64,000 nt of DNA from Phoronis australis (Eukaryota > Animalia > Phoronida), in assembly GCA_002633005.1 (NCBI GenBank), contig NMRA01000511.1:154084-218083 (forward strand). The letters are read 5' to 3'. Below are positions 26,480 to 38,469 of this stretch, one piece after another; positions within the stretch are counted from its first letter, which is position 1; the number at the start of each line of letters is the position of its first letter. Position numbers and translations under genes: made by a program. The notes beneath the pieces were generated by a model. That model made no database searches. It was not told where the DNA came from and was given only the letters and a program-made list of their open reading frames with translations.

Positions 26480-27670
26480 ATGAGGAAATCAGCATGTTGT
26501 CTAAAACGGCTTCTAGCGGCGGGTCTGTTTATTGTATACCTCGTCGCTCTCTTTTATTTTCACTCTGGACCAGTTGAAAGACTAAAGCTATTGGACGGAA
26601 AGAATTTAGACCACCACATACCCAAATTTACAGACTCACGTCACGTGAGATTACCTACACTGACAACTTTAGGTCTATCAATTTACAAGGAGGATAAATG
26701 TTCTGCAAAGACTAAGGGATTAAATGGAGAAGTCATTGAAGAGGTGTTTGATCCGAATAAAGTGAACAATATGACTCTATTCCACTGCTATCCGATGAAT
26801 ATAAACTTTAGCCAGCTGATTAATGATACGCGACGAGGGAAGACCCCTGTGATTTTCCCCATAAACTCGCATCCTTATAAGCCGTTGACTGCGGTGAACT
26901 GTGGAAGAGAGAAGTATTTCATTGTTTACTTAATAAAAAGTCGCCCTGAGAATGTGCAAGGGAGAAATGTTATTCGAGAAACGTGGGGCAACGAACATAT
27001 AGTGCCCGGTGTCCTCTTAAAACGAATTTTCCTTCTTGGAATTCCCACGCAACATAAATTCCTACCATCCATTTTCAGCGAGCACCAGAAACAGGGAGAC
27101 ATTTTGATGGAAGATTTTGTCGATGTCTACCTACATACCCGTGTAAAAATGACCATGGGGTTTCGTTGGGCAACGTCGCACTGTCCTAACGCAGCATTTT
27201 TGGTCTTCGCTGACGATGACGTTCTGATTAACCCTTGGAATTTGGTGGAGTATCTTTCATCCGATGGTGTGCGCGATCAAGAAACATTTTACAGCGGTGC
27301 TATGCACCAAGGACATCGACCAAGACGCGGTTTAAAAGACCAGTTTTTTCTTGCAACCAACGAGTATCCGTTCAATGACTTCCCAGTGTTAGCTCCCGCG
27401 GCCACAATGATTGTTAACGTCGAGTTTGCCCGTCGATTTGTGATCGCCTCGCCGTATATAAGTCCAATACATTTTGATGACGTTTATCTGGGAATAGTAG
27501 CCCGTAAGCTGGGCGTAACACCGACTCACACAGATCTTGTTAAAGTATATTGTTCAAAGAACGAAGCAGCTCGACGAAGAGTCATCGCCTGTCTGGGAGA
27601 ATTTTCTCCCAATGAGACACGCTCTCTTTGGGCTACTTATTATCGAGGTTATTACACTGTAAAATCCTGA
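26480..27670 (+). CDS. brn: GT31 beta-1,3-glycosyltransferase, brainiac-like (type II Golgi membrane protein), single coding exon
   Basis: 396-aa ORF; N-terminal TM anchor (LLAAGLFIVYLVALFYF); IKS..N..R..IRETWG, FLLG, GDILMEDFVD, KMTMGFRWA, DxD (FADDD), EYPF..P and FDDVYLGIVARKLG, matching the brainiac pattern as I recall it; splice acceptor tttcAG at 26473-26474 just before the ATG implies an upstream non-coding exon. The symbol means brn-like; orthology is untested. Confidence 0.9.
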   Translation: MRKSACCLKRLLAAGLFIVYLVALFYFHSGPVERLKLLDGKNLDHHIPKFTDSRHVRLPTLTTLGLSIYKEDKCSAKTKGLNGEVIEEVFDPNKVNNMTLFHCYPMNINFSQLINDTRRGKTPVIFPINSHPYKPLTAVNCGREKYFIVYLIKSRPENVQGRNVIRETWGNEHIVPGVLLKRIFLLGIPTQHKFLPSIFSEHQKQGDILMEDFVDVYLHTRVKMTMGFRWATSHCPNAAFLVFADDDVLINPWNLVEYLSSDGVRDQETFYSGAMHQGHRPRRGLKDQFFLATNEYPFNDFPVLAPAATMIVNVEFARRFVIASPYISPIHFDDVYLGIVARKLGVTPTHTDLVKVYCSKNEAARRRVIACLGEFSPNETRSLWATYYRGYYTVKS

Positions 27671-27839
27671 GGTGCATTATGGTGAGAAAATTTGTGCCTA
27701 AAAACAAACCACCAATCCCATATGAAAAACATCAAAAAAGCAGTCAAGTTAGGATACCCGCAAACACTATCTGACGGTAGCTGGTCTCCAGTTGTCAAAT
27801 ATTGCTGCTCGTTTCCCCGTGGTTGAAGGTATCATAAAA

Positions 27840-27978
27840 ATGATGAGAAGTTGCGTTTGTAATGGTTGTGACTCGCCAGTATTTGAACACGCTGTGACTC
27901 TTTTCACTTTCACACGGGACATGAGAGAAGGGCAGATGTGGCACAAGTTTGTACAAGAAACTAGCGTATTGGTGTTGG
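27840..27978 (+). pseudogene. THAP-domain N-terminal exon remnant, probably transposon-derived
   Basis: MMRSCVCNGCDS..VTLFTFTRD..QMWHKFVQET followed by donor GTGAGT at 27979; the usual FP is FT; no second exon recognised. Confidence 0.55.
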
Positions 27979-29302
27979 GTGAGTTCATACGTCACATTCG
28001 TGTCCCTAGGGCTAGGAAACTGTCAATTAATAAAAGTTGCATTTCTTCTATTTTCTCGTAATTGGGATATTAAACTCACGACTGTGATGTGTAATGCGAA
28101 AAAAGAAGGTTCAATGCTGCTTACCATGTACTCACTTGTCAAAACGAAGACAATTGTGGTTTTAAGCACTTTAAACTATTTTGATTATCGAACGACGTCG
28201 TTTTTGATCTTCTCCAAGAGAAACCAGTGATCAGTTACTGATAAAGGACTTAGTTTGATAAGGGAGTGTAGCTCAAGGACATTGAATTAGGGATTTTGGC
28301 AATTTTGAATTTTTGTATCGTCTTAGCCATTAGTTTTTTATCAATAGTTCTGCGAAAAAGTTAAATACATCGAGAATTGTACAGTTGTCCTATCTCTCGT
28401 CACAGCTCGGCACACTTGCATGACAGCGGATTTTAAATAACTCGGAATAGCTCACAAGTGTTGGAGCATTACGTTCAAAGATTTCAATGAAAGTTGACCG
28501 AAAGTAAGTTTTACGAAAACACAGTATTTCAACCAATACAAATGAACTTAAAATCTATGCCATGGCTTCATCTAAATGTAAGCAGGTCCCTAGAAAAGTA
28601 GGTAATCTTCGGAACACCATGCCTTACAAATGGCTAATCAGATTCATATGAAATATTCAGATAGACTGCACATGCTTTCAAAATAGGATTTTATGATATC
28701 ATGAAAAAATTCAAATGTTGCAAAAAACGAAAACGAAACGGCAATTTAGAATACTGAAACAGCATTTTGACACTTAAGTCTGGGACATTTAAATCAAACA
28801 AAATTTGATGTTTTTATTGATATCGTTAATTGCTTGGCTAATGTACACTCCTTTTGGTCACGTGACCCAGTGATTACAGAGTGGCATTGGCTCATAGGGT
28901 CATAAATAAAATTCTACATACTTCCAACGTTCACTAGAAAATATTTTCTGATACTGTGCTAAGCTTATGCAGTAATCCCATTTAACTTTGATTTATAACT
29001 TTTAATTTTTTAATGTGACAGTGACATTGAAAGTTAATTAAGACTGAATGTTGCGCATTTTCCTAATCTCAAAAGCAAATTACAAATAATAAACCAGTGT
29101 GCAATAACAGCTTGTATTTATTAAGCAATGAGTTGAGCCACACTATACGAGGTTTTTTTCTAAACCAGTGACGGAGTTATTAACAGGCATAAAACTAAAG
29201 AATGTTCATAATAATAATTTTTGGTGATATTTAGTTACTGCATTGCATTTTAAGACAACAGTCTTCTATGCTTTCACAAATAAGAAAATATCAACTTCAA
29301 GT

Positions 29303-31172
29303 TAAACAAGAGCAACGCGGAGCGTTGACATGCGCACATGACTGCACCACAAAAAGGCGGTTCTAGGGGTGTATTTAGTACCCTAAAAATTGACATTAGA
29401 TGGCACAGAATACATTGTGCCATCCAAAAATGGGACGATGCCGTTGGCTCACAAACATATTTGCCAAATTTCATGAAAATTCATCTAAAACTTCCAAAAA
29501 TACAAACTTTAAGCAAATTGCCACTAGGAATCATAGCCACAGAGGCAAAATATGAACTAGGAGGCACCACAGTAGTCGGCGTCACTCAAGAATTATCGTC
29601 AGCTGTCCTCTTCCCAGTAAGAACAAATGCGACAAATTTAATAATTATCCTAAGAGAGGTTTCGCTAAAAACAAACTCAAATATAATAAAAACAGCGACT
29701 ACGAGCCGTGCAATACGTCAAATCCACATGAAAACGGAAAAATCTCATCTTCAAACTCCAAAGACACCAAAGAAAACAGAAAAAAATTAAGAAAGGTCCT
29801 GCAGAGGGCTTGGAAGATGCAACCACTGACACAAAAACTGCCACTCGGGGGAGCCACTGTAGTTAGGGCTGTATGGAGATCAACGTAAGCAATCCTTTTC
29901 TCAACAGGAGAATGTCAAATTTCGTAATCATCCATACATTGGTTTGGAATGTGGCACAGCGTAAAAAACAATATCAAAAACAGTAAAAATGGCCACTAGG
30001 TGACGCAAAATGCGTAAAATCCCTCCGGAAATGGGAACATCTCATATTTGTTTAATAGAAACCTGTTTACCATATTGCATAAAATTTGACCATGAGCTCC
30101 AAAAAAAAAAACAGAGGAAAAGATGGCACAGCGTTCGATGGATCAGTCAGAAAGTCGTCCTCCGCTGTTAACTTCATATGACCATTCTTGCTAAATGTAA
30201 TGAAGATCCTCGATTTAGGAGATACAGCTATTAGAGCAAAAATATGCCACAAGGAGGCGTCACATTGGTCGACGTCATACTCAACCGTCCTCATTACACT
30301 AAGAACATATACGCAAATTTTCACATTCATCCTTAGAGTGGTTTCGTAGATAGAGGGTCGGGCGCCAAATGCAGCCTCGAAAACAGTAAAAATGGCCACT
30401 AAGTGACAAAAATACCTCGAATCCATCCAAAAACGGAAAGATATCATCAGCTCACTAACAGATGCCTATGCGTCAAATTTCATGAAAATCCATTGCAGAC
30501 CGTTGGAGATGCTAAGGTAAACGTAAAAAAACAAAATTGCCACTAGGGGGCTCAACGGTTGTCAGATTCGTCCGAAATTCGTCACCATTCGTTGTCAACT
30601 TTATAGGAACACATCTGCTAAATCTCTTCAAAATCCTGCGAGGGGTTTACGAGATACAGCTATGGGCGCAAAAAATGCCACTAGGAGGCGCCACAGTAGT
30701 CGAAGTCGTCGGAAAATCATCGTCAACCGTCCTCTCTGCACTAAGAGCATATATGCTAATTTTCACAATCATCCTTAGAGGATTTTAGTTGATAGAAGGG
30801 CGGACGCCAAACAACCAGATTCAAAAACAGTAAAAATGGCCAGTAGATGGCGCAAAATACCTAATATCCCTCCAAGAACGAGAAGATAGTCACCTCACTT
30901 ATAAATGCCTATGTACCAAATTTCATGAAAATCTGTTGACGAGTTCTGAAAATACAGAGGTAAAAGTAAAAAAAAAATGCCACGAGGGGGCACAACGATA
31001 GTCAGATCCTTCCAAAATTCGTATTCATCCGTCGATCGCCTCATAGGAACACATCTGTCAAATCTCATCAAAAATTTTTCAGGGGTTTAGGAGATACAAC
31101 TGCGGACGCCGGACGACGGACGCCCAGACAGAGACGAAGCAGAAAATCTGTGGTCGCATAACAATAAAAAAA
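29303..31172 (-). mobile_element. HINE/DINE-1-like (Helentron-associated) non-autonomous element with internal tandem array
   Basis: One end AAACAAGAG followed by hairpin CAACGC-GGA-GCGTTG; other end GGAC-type microsatellite remnant (GGACGCCGGACGACGGACGCCCAGACAGAGAC) and an A-run; between them ~145-bp monomers with a ~400-445-bp higher-order period (AAAACAGTAAAAATGGCCA at about 29977, 30380, 30823). Confidence 0.75.
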
Positions 31173-31310
31173 CAAGTCACTGTTACTCCCGCCATTTATT
31201 TGTACACGAGCGAATGAAGACAACCTGCTGCCACTTAATGATTCATCGGCCTGGCTACGCCTCCGACGTCCACATGTGTAGTATTGCCGATGTCACGCTG
31301 CTTGGCGTAA

Positions 31311-32284
31311 AAGTGGCCTGAACTACACTTTTCAACATTTAAATATGAAGTTTGAAAGTATAAAGGTTGGTTACTGGCATATTCCTAAATAGTGCACAGT
31401 ATTTTTCTTTTTTGCTTTGAAAAGTAAAAAATTATTAGTTCCGTAAAGTCACAGTGCAAGCGCTGTTTTTCGTGAGTTTTCATGTCATTAGCCGTGCGAG
31501 TACATAGTCCAGTCGACAGATCAACTTGTGCATACTCACAACCTTTTTCGTTTTTCTTTCCTGTGACATTGATTTATCCCGCGGTCTAGCCAGCCAGCTA
31601 TCTGTATGAAGACTATCTTCAAAATACAGCTAGGTTCCAGTAGCCCTGTGTGTTAAGCTCCGTTAGATTCCGAAATTTCACATAGCCCAGGTAGTTCTGC
31701 TCGTCACCTCGACGCGAAATATAGAGCTATAAACCGGCAGGGGGCGTGCAAATATCAGGGTGTCGACCGCCACTCACCTTGGCCGCTGGAGCCGTTTAAA
31801 TTAAAAAAATGTGGTAAACGGTATTTTATTTCATAATTCCCAACCATTTGTAACAAAGAAAACAGTACGCTCAGCACGCGCTATTTCCTAAAATTTGGCG
31901 ACATCTATCGGTAGATGATGACAGCATCGCAGGAGCAATTTTTTATGAAAATAGGTTTCCTGGTATTAAAACACTAAAAACCTGAAAGGAAATGAAATCA
32001 GCTCTAATAACTTGTTGTGACATGTAAACAACTTCGAAGAACAGTTCGATCGCTTGTTATTCTTGAAAGAAGAGCAACTCTGGAAGCAAAACTGGCCAAT
32101 GAGGCAACAGATGACGGCGCCGAAATCCGAACTTAAAGAGTGCACCCAAATTTTAGCAGCAGAGTCAGTAGACAAAGAATGCCAATTTTTTAATACAGGA
32201 AATTATTTAGTTTACTCAAGGAAGGTTGTATTTTTTAATGACACTAATTTTGTGTCAGATTTTATTTGATCAGTTTTACCCACG
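31311..32284 (+). mobile_element. Truncated copy of the Kolobok-like element at 61753-63159
   Basis: About 975 bp colinear with 61753-62741 (TTTGAAAGTATAAAGGTTGGTTACTGGCAT ... TTTTACCCACG); ends where the LINE fragment starts. Confidence 0.85.
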
Positions 32285-33885
32285 TATGGATTTAGACCGA
32301 ACCACTCCATTGAACTCGCGGCTACTGAATTCGTCCACTCTCTTTACAAAAACTTTGACAAAGGTTTGAACCCAATTTCCTTATTGATGGATCTTTCTAA
32401 AGCATGTGATACCATTGATTACGATATCCTTCTAAAAATAAAACATTACGGGTTTTCTAATAACGAGTTTCATCGGTTTAAAAGCTACCTTAAAATAGAA
32501 AACAGTTTGTCTGTCTTGATATTGTCACTTCGTTCCAACTTGACATATCCACAGGTGTGCCACTGCGATCTATTCTAGGACCTCTCGTATTTTTAATCTA
32601 TGTAAATGACATCACTTTGTCCAGCAAGGCATAGTTCATTATGTACGCAGACGACACATGCCTGTTAATTCCTTTCCAAGTTAACAAAAGTCATAGCCTC
32701 AACGATCAAACCATCAGATTAAATAATACTCTACAAGATGTTTTTGATTGGCTAAATACCAATAAATTATCGCTGAACACCAGTAAAACTAAATTTAAGC
32801 TATTTCGATTTCCATAAAAAGTCAGCGAAGCTGACATGCCTCTAATCAAAAATCAACAATGAAATTATTAACAAAGTTGAAAATTCCAAATTTTTAGGTA
32901 TTTTTGTAGACAGCCATTTTTCCTGGTAAAAGCATGTGCAGGAAATTTCTAACAAAATGGCCAAATTGGTGGGCGTCCTCTCCATAATGAAACGGTATTT
33001 TGCCAATCACACACTCCTGATGATTTTCAACGCTGTTTTACTATCACATCTACATTTTGTATAACACTACGGGGGTTCAATTATTGTGCGAGATTGAAAC
33101 GTCTGCAGAAAAAAGCTTTGAGAAATGTTACCAATTCTTCGTTTTTTAACACAGAACCAATTTGCAGGGAAATCAAGAAACTTTTACTTGACGACAAATT
33201 TAACCAAGCTTGCCTAAAATTCTTTTACAAATTTAAACATAATCAAATGCGTATTTACTTCTATGATAACAATTTTTCCGATTCCATCAGCCACCAAGAG
33301 ATCTTCCTAGAATATGCAGTCAACAACCCATCCTAAAACTGCCCACCTACAACAGAAAAAGTTGTGAAAACTCATTTAATGTTCACAATTACCGAATTTA
33401 CTAAACAACTGTATCCCTCCGAGACATGTAACAGACAAAATCAACACGCACAGATTAGATGGGCCCTCCGTGTATTTGTAAAATTACATATTATTTGCAC
33501 TACAGCTCTCCGCGTAATGTTCTACATAGTCACGCGCAGTCTAATTGAAGTTACCGTGTTAACATGTCTTACATCTTCATGCTTTTCCAACCTTGCGGTT
33601 TCCCTTGTCATAGTCTCTGTTTTTAATTCTTTCTAAAATAAATTTACCTAGCATTTTTAAATAAATATGCATTGTATTTTACTCCATTGTAGATATACTT
33701 TTTTCTGTTGTTATCCATATTGTTCTTCATAATTGTTAATATATATTTAATTTATCGGTACTCGGTGGTCAGCTATTAGCGCGGCCCGTGCTTTTGCTGG
33801 CCACCCAGTCATATACCATTGTATGTTTTTACATGATTTCAAAAATAAAAGTTTCTCCCTCTCGCTCTCCCTCACCCTCCCCCTC
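32285..33885 (+). mobile_element. 5'-truncated L2/CR1-group LINE, degenerate reverse transcriptase
   Basis: YGFRPNHS..DLSKACDTIDY.ILL..SYL..GVP..SILGPL.FLIYVND..YADDT..NKLSLN.SKT..KFLGI..LQKKALR; AATAAA near 33844 and a CT-rich tail. Confidence 0.9.
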
Positions 33886-36800
33886 GTCAACTTCAATGCC
33901 GCTTTACGTGAATTTGAATCATTCAGTTTGGTGAATAATTTCGCCAATAGTTGAAAGAGGATTGGTTAATATTTACATTATTTTATTAACATGAAATGTT
34001 ATTGAGAGCAGTGCAATTTTTTATCAACGTGAACTTGATTATTTGAGTGAACTTGTCAAGTTTCGGCCTCGTGTCTCTATCAAATTTGCAAATATATTAA
34101 CAAGGTGGTGAGCCTTTCATCGTAACGCCGCTTAAAATATGCCGAACAAAGTGTGGTTCACGCTATACTCTCTTAGTTGGATGCCTTTTCTGTGCAACTT
34201 TCATGTCTTCAGGAAATTTAAACACAGACACGTTCTCGGTCAAGTTGCTGTTACTACCGCCTCCACAAACACACCTTTTCATGTCTGAAAAAGGCGGCTC
34301 TCCTCGGACTTTTTTCACAACTCCTCAGTATCGCATTGGTAAAACCAAAAACGTCGGAAACGGTTTTCTGCTCACTACGCACAACACCGATAACAGAAAA
34401 ATATCTTTTTAGACATTTGTGGATTGTTTCTTCGCAACAGTTACGCTAAAGGCTTTTAAATCTCTTGAGATATATAAATAAAATTCTTTTTGAGACACTT
34501 GTTTAGGGTATGACCTCTTTAAAGGATATTATGAGCACGAGATCGAAACAGCGAAATGTCAAATTGATAAATTTGGGTAGGGTCTATTGTATGTCTCTTT
34601 TCTCAACTTGCTGTGTTCGTGAACACGAAGTCACAGAGGATTGCGGCGACTCGGAGTATTCGGTCTCAACGGTCACATGCAAACTGACGCACAACTCCGT
34701 TCGGATCAAAACAAACTACGTTTAGTCTTCAGCATCCTTGCATCACGTGTCAATCACGATGACTCAATATTATGTCGACTCGGTGAATGAAAGGACTGAG
34801 GGCTACATAAATGTACGGTGCTACTCTCTGCCTGCCGGGAGATTCGACTTGAATGACAGCACTGTAACCTTTGACCTCCGATAAGTAGTAAACAAATTTC
34901 CTCGAGGCTGTGCCAAATGAGATAAATATAACTAGAGTTAGAGTCACGTGGTTTTCGTTTAGCGGAGTAGTCCGCCATCTTGCTCATGAACCGTGTTAGT
35001 GGAGATGCGTGTGTACTACGTAATATCTAGGAACCAGTATTGGTAACAACACGAGATTTCAAGTAAAAACTCACATCTTTTATGTTAGTATCATCAACTG
35101 CAAACTAGAATTTTTTGAAAATCATCCAAGAAAATCATTGCATGCACAGATTTAAAGGGTCTTTAGTTATAGCAGAAAACATAAAATAATAATATTTGAT
35201 TTCTAGTATAAAGATTAAACCCAGAATCAATGATATAATTTTTTTGTCTTTCGGGGTTTAAAAATTGAACCTGAAATAAAACGATTTGTGGGTGAGAAAC
35301 CGATCGCAGACACAATATTGTTCAACTTAATTTTTTTCCTAGAACACACCCACATAAGTCGATGTTTCATGGTCTTTTACTTGACTTTCCGTCTTTGTCC
35401 TGTATGTCTTTAAGGGTTTAGAGACCAAGATATCTGAGTCTAGCTACGATGAAACACAAAAAGTGACTACAAGATTAATAGTTGTGCATTTTTACAGAGT
35501 GGAACCAATTCAAAGATTTATTAATATGACCAGGTCACTAAGAATAGAACAGGATCGAAGGAAGGGATACCCCAAGAAGGCTAACCCCCATAATGTTATA
35601 TTGAGACGGTAGATGGGTTGTTTCGGTAGATTTTAAGAGATGGGGCAAATGTTCTGTAGCCGGGCGAACTTTGTCATTTTATTTATTTTGTGGCGGGGTG
35701 TTGTCAATATAAATGTACTAACTGTGCGACAGAAAATGTCGGATTCAACTGAATTGAGGGATAAGCTTAGAGTATGTTGAAATCTGACTTTTGCTGAAGT
35801 GGAGTGCATGCATGGTACCAGTACGGAACAGTAACTGTGTACCTGCTAGACATTTCCCTTTTACTGTCACGGTGTGATTTTACTGCGTGTTTGTGATATT
35901 TTGTAATAAATACGTTTTGAAATAAATCAAAATTTTATTGTTTGAAATGGATACAGTATCTCAATGTGTTGTTTCTGTCTGAACTTTTTTCTTGTCCTTC
36001 TCGTTCTGGTTGGCCAATAGCATGGAAGTGTGCTTGTTATTGGCAGAAAAAAACGGCGATTCCCCACATCATGGCNACTCCATTGTAGATATACTTTTTC
36101 TGTTGTTATCTATATTGTTCTTCATAATTGTTAAAATATATTTAATTTATTGGTACTCGATGGTCAGCTATTAGCGCGGCCCGTGCTTTTGCTGGCCACC
36201 CAGTCATATAACATTGTATGTTTTTACATGATTTCAAAAATAAAAGTTTCTCCCTCTCCCTCACCCTCCCCCTCGTCAACTTCAATGCCGCTTTACGTGA
36301 ATTTGAATTATTCAGTTTGGTGAATAATTTCGCCAATAGTTGAAAGAGGATTGGTTAATATTTACATTATTTTATTAACATGAAATGTTATTGGGAGCAG
36401 TGCAATTTTTTATCAACGTGAACTTGATTATTTGAGTGAACTTGTCAAGTTTCGGCCTCGTGTCTCTATCAAATTTGCAAATATATTAACAAGGTGGTGA
36501 GCCTTTCATCGTAACGCCGCTTAAAATATGCCGAACAAAGTGTGGTTCACGCTACACTCTCTTAGTTGGATGCCTTTTCTGTGCAACTTTCATGTCTTTA
36601 GGAAATTTAACCACAGACACGTTCTCGGTCAAGTTGCTGTTACTACCGCCTCCACAAACACACCTGTTCATGTTTGAAAAAGGCGGCTCTTTTCGGACTT
36701 TTTTCACAACTCCTCAGTATCGCACTGGTAAAACCAAAAACGTCGGAAACGGTTTTCTGCCCACTACGCACAACACCGATAACAGAAAAATATCTTTTTA

Positions 36801-38469
36801 GACATTTGTGGATTGTTTCTTCGCAACAGTTACGCTAAAGGCTTTTAAATCTCTTGAGATATATAAATAAAATTCTTTTTGAGACACATGTTTAGAGTAT
36901 GACCTCTTTAAAGAATATTATGAGCACGAGATCGAAACAGCGAAATGTCAAATTGATAAATTTGGGTAGGGTCTATTGTATGTCTCTTTTCTCAACTTGC
37001 TGTGTTCGTGAACACGATGTCACCGAGGATTGCGGCGACTCGGAGTATTCGGTCTCAACGGTCACATGTAAACAGACGCACAACTCCGTTCGGATCAAAA
37101 CAAACTACGTTTAGTCTTCAGCATCCTTGTATCACGTGTCAATCACGTTGACTCAATATTATGTCGACTCGGTGAATGAAAGGACTGAGGGCTACATAAA
37201 TGCACGGAGCTGCTCTCTGCCTGCCGGAAGATTCGACTTGAATGACAGCACTGTAACCTTTGACCTCCGATAAGTAGTAAACAAATTTCCACGAGGCTGT
37301 GCCCAATGAGATAAATATAACTAGAGTTACAGTCACGTGGTTTTCGTTTAGGGGAGTAGTCCGCCATCTTGCTCATGAACCATGTTAGTGGAGATGCGTG
37401 TGTCATACGTAATATCTAGGAACCAGTATTGGTAACAACACGAGATTTCAAGTAAAAACTCACATCTTTTATGTTAGTATCATCAACTGCAAACTAGAAT
37501 TTTTTGAAAATCATCCAAGAAAATCATTGCATGCACAGAATTAAAGGGTCTTTAGTTATAGCAGAAAACATAAAAAATTAAAAAAATAATATTTGATTTC
37601 TAGTATAAAGATTAAACCCAGAATCAATGATATAATTTTTTTGTCTTTCGAGGTTTAAAAATTGAACCTGAAATAAAACGATTTGTGGGTGAGAAACCGA
37701 TCGCAGACACAATATTGTTCAACTTAATTTTTTTCCTAGAACACACCCACTTAAGTCGATGTTTACTTGACTTTCTGTCTTTGTCCTGTATGTCTTTAAG
37801 GGTTTAGAGACCAAGATATCTGAGTCTAGCTACGATGAAACACAAAAAGTGACTACAAGATTAATAGTTGTGCATTTTTACAGAGTGGAACCAATTCAAA
37901 GATTTATTAATATGGCCAGGTCACTAAGAATAGAACAGGATCGAAGGAAGGGATACCCCAAGAAGGCTAACCCCCACAATGTTATATTGAGACGGTAGAT
38001 GGGTTGTTTCGGTAGATTTTAAGAGATGGGGCAAATGTTCTGTAGCCTGGCGAACTTTGTCATTTTATTTATTTTGTGGCGGGGTGTTGTCAATATAAAT
38101 GTACTAGTAACATAACTGTGTGCCAGAAAATGTCGGATTCAACTGAATTGAGGGATAAGCTTAGAGTATGTTGAAATCTGACTTTTGCTGAAGTGGAGTG
38201 CATGCATGGTACCAGTACGGAACAGTAACTGTGTACCTGCTAGACATTTCCCTTTTACTGTCACGGTGTGATTTTACTGCGTGTTTGTGATATTTTGAAA
38301 TAAATACGTTTTGAAATAAATCAAAATTTTATTGTTTGAAATGGATACAGTATCTCAATGTGTTGTTTCTGTCTGAACTTTTTTCTTGTCCTTCTCGTTC
38401 TGGATGGCCAATAGCATGGAAGTGTGCTTGTTATTGGCAGAAAAAAACGGCGATTCCCCACATCATGGC
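33681..38469 (+). repeat. Near-identical 2.39-kb head-to-tail duplication joined at one N (likely false haplotypic duplication)
   Basis: 33681-36075 matches 36077-38469 with scattered SNPs and indels; the only N in the window (36076) is exactly at the junction. Confidence 0.95.

Noticed and set aside
29338-30788. ORFs of 150, 126 and 83 aa with repeated PLGG
   Set aside because: Translations of the tandem repeat; PLGG is simply the CCACTAGGRGG motif.
33747-37406. Pairs of near-identical short ORFs suggesting duplicated genes
   Set aside because: By-product of the 2.39-kb duplication; no protein features.
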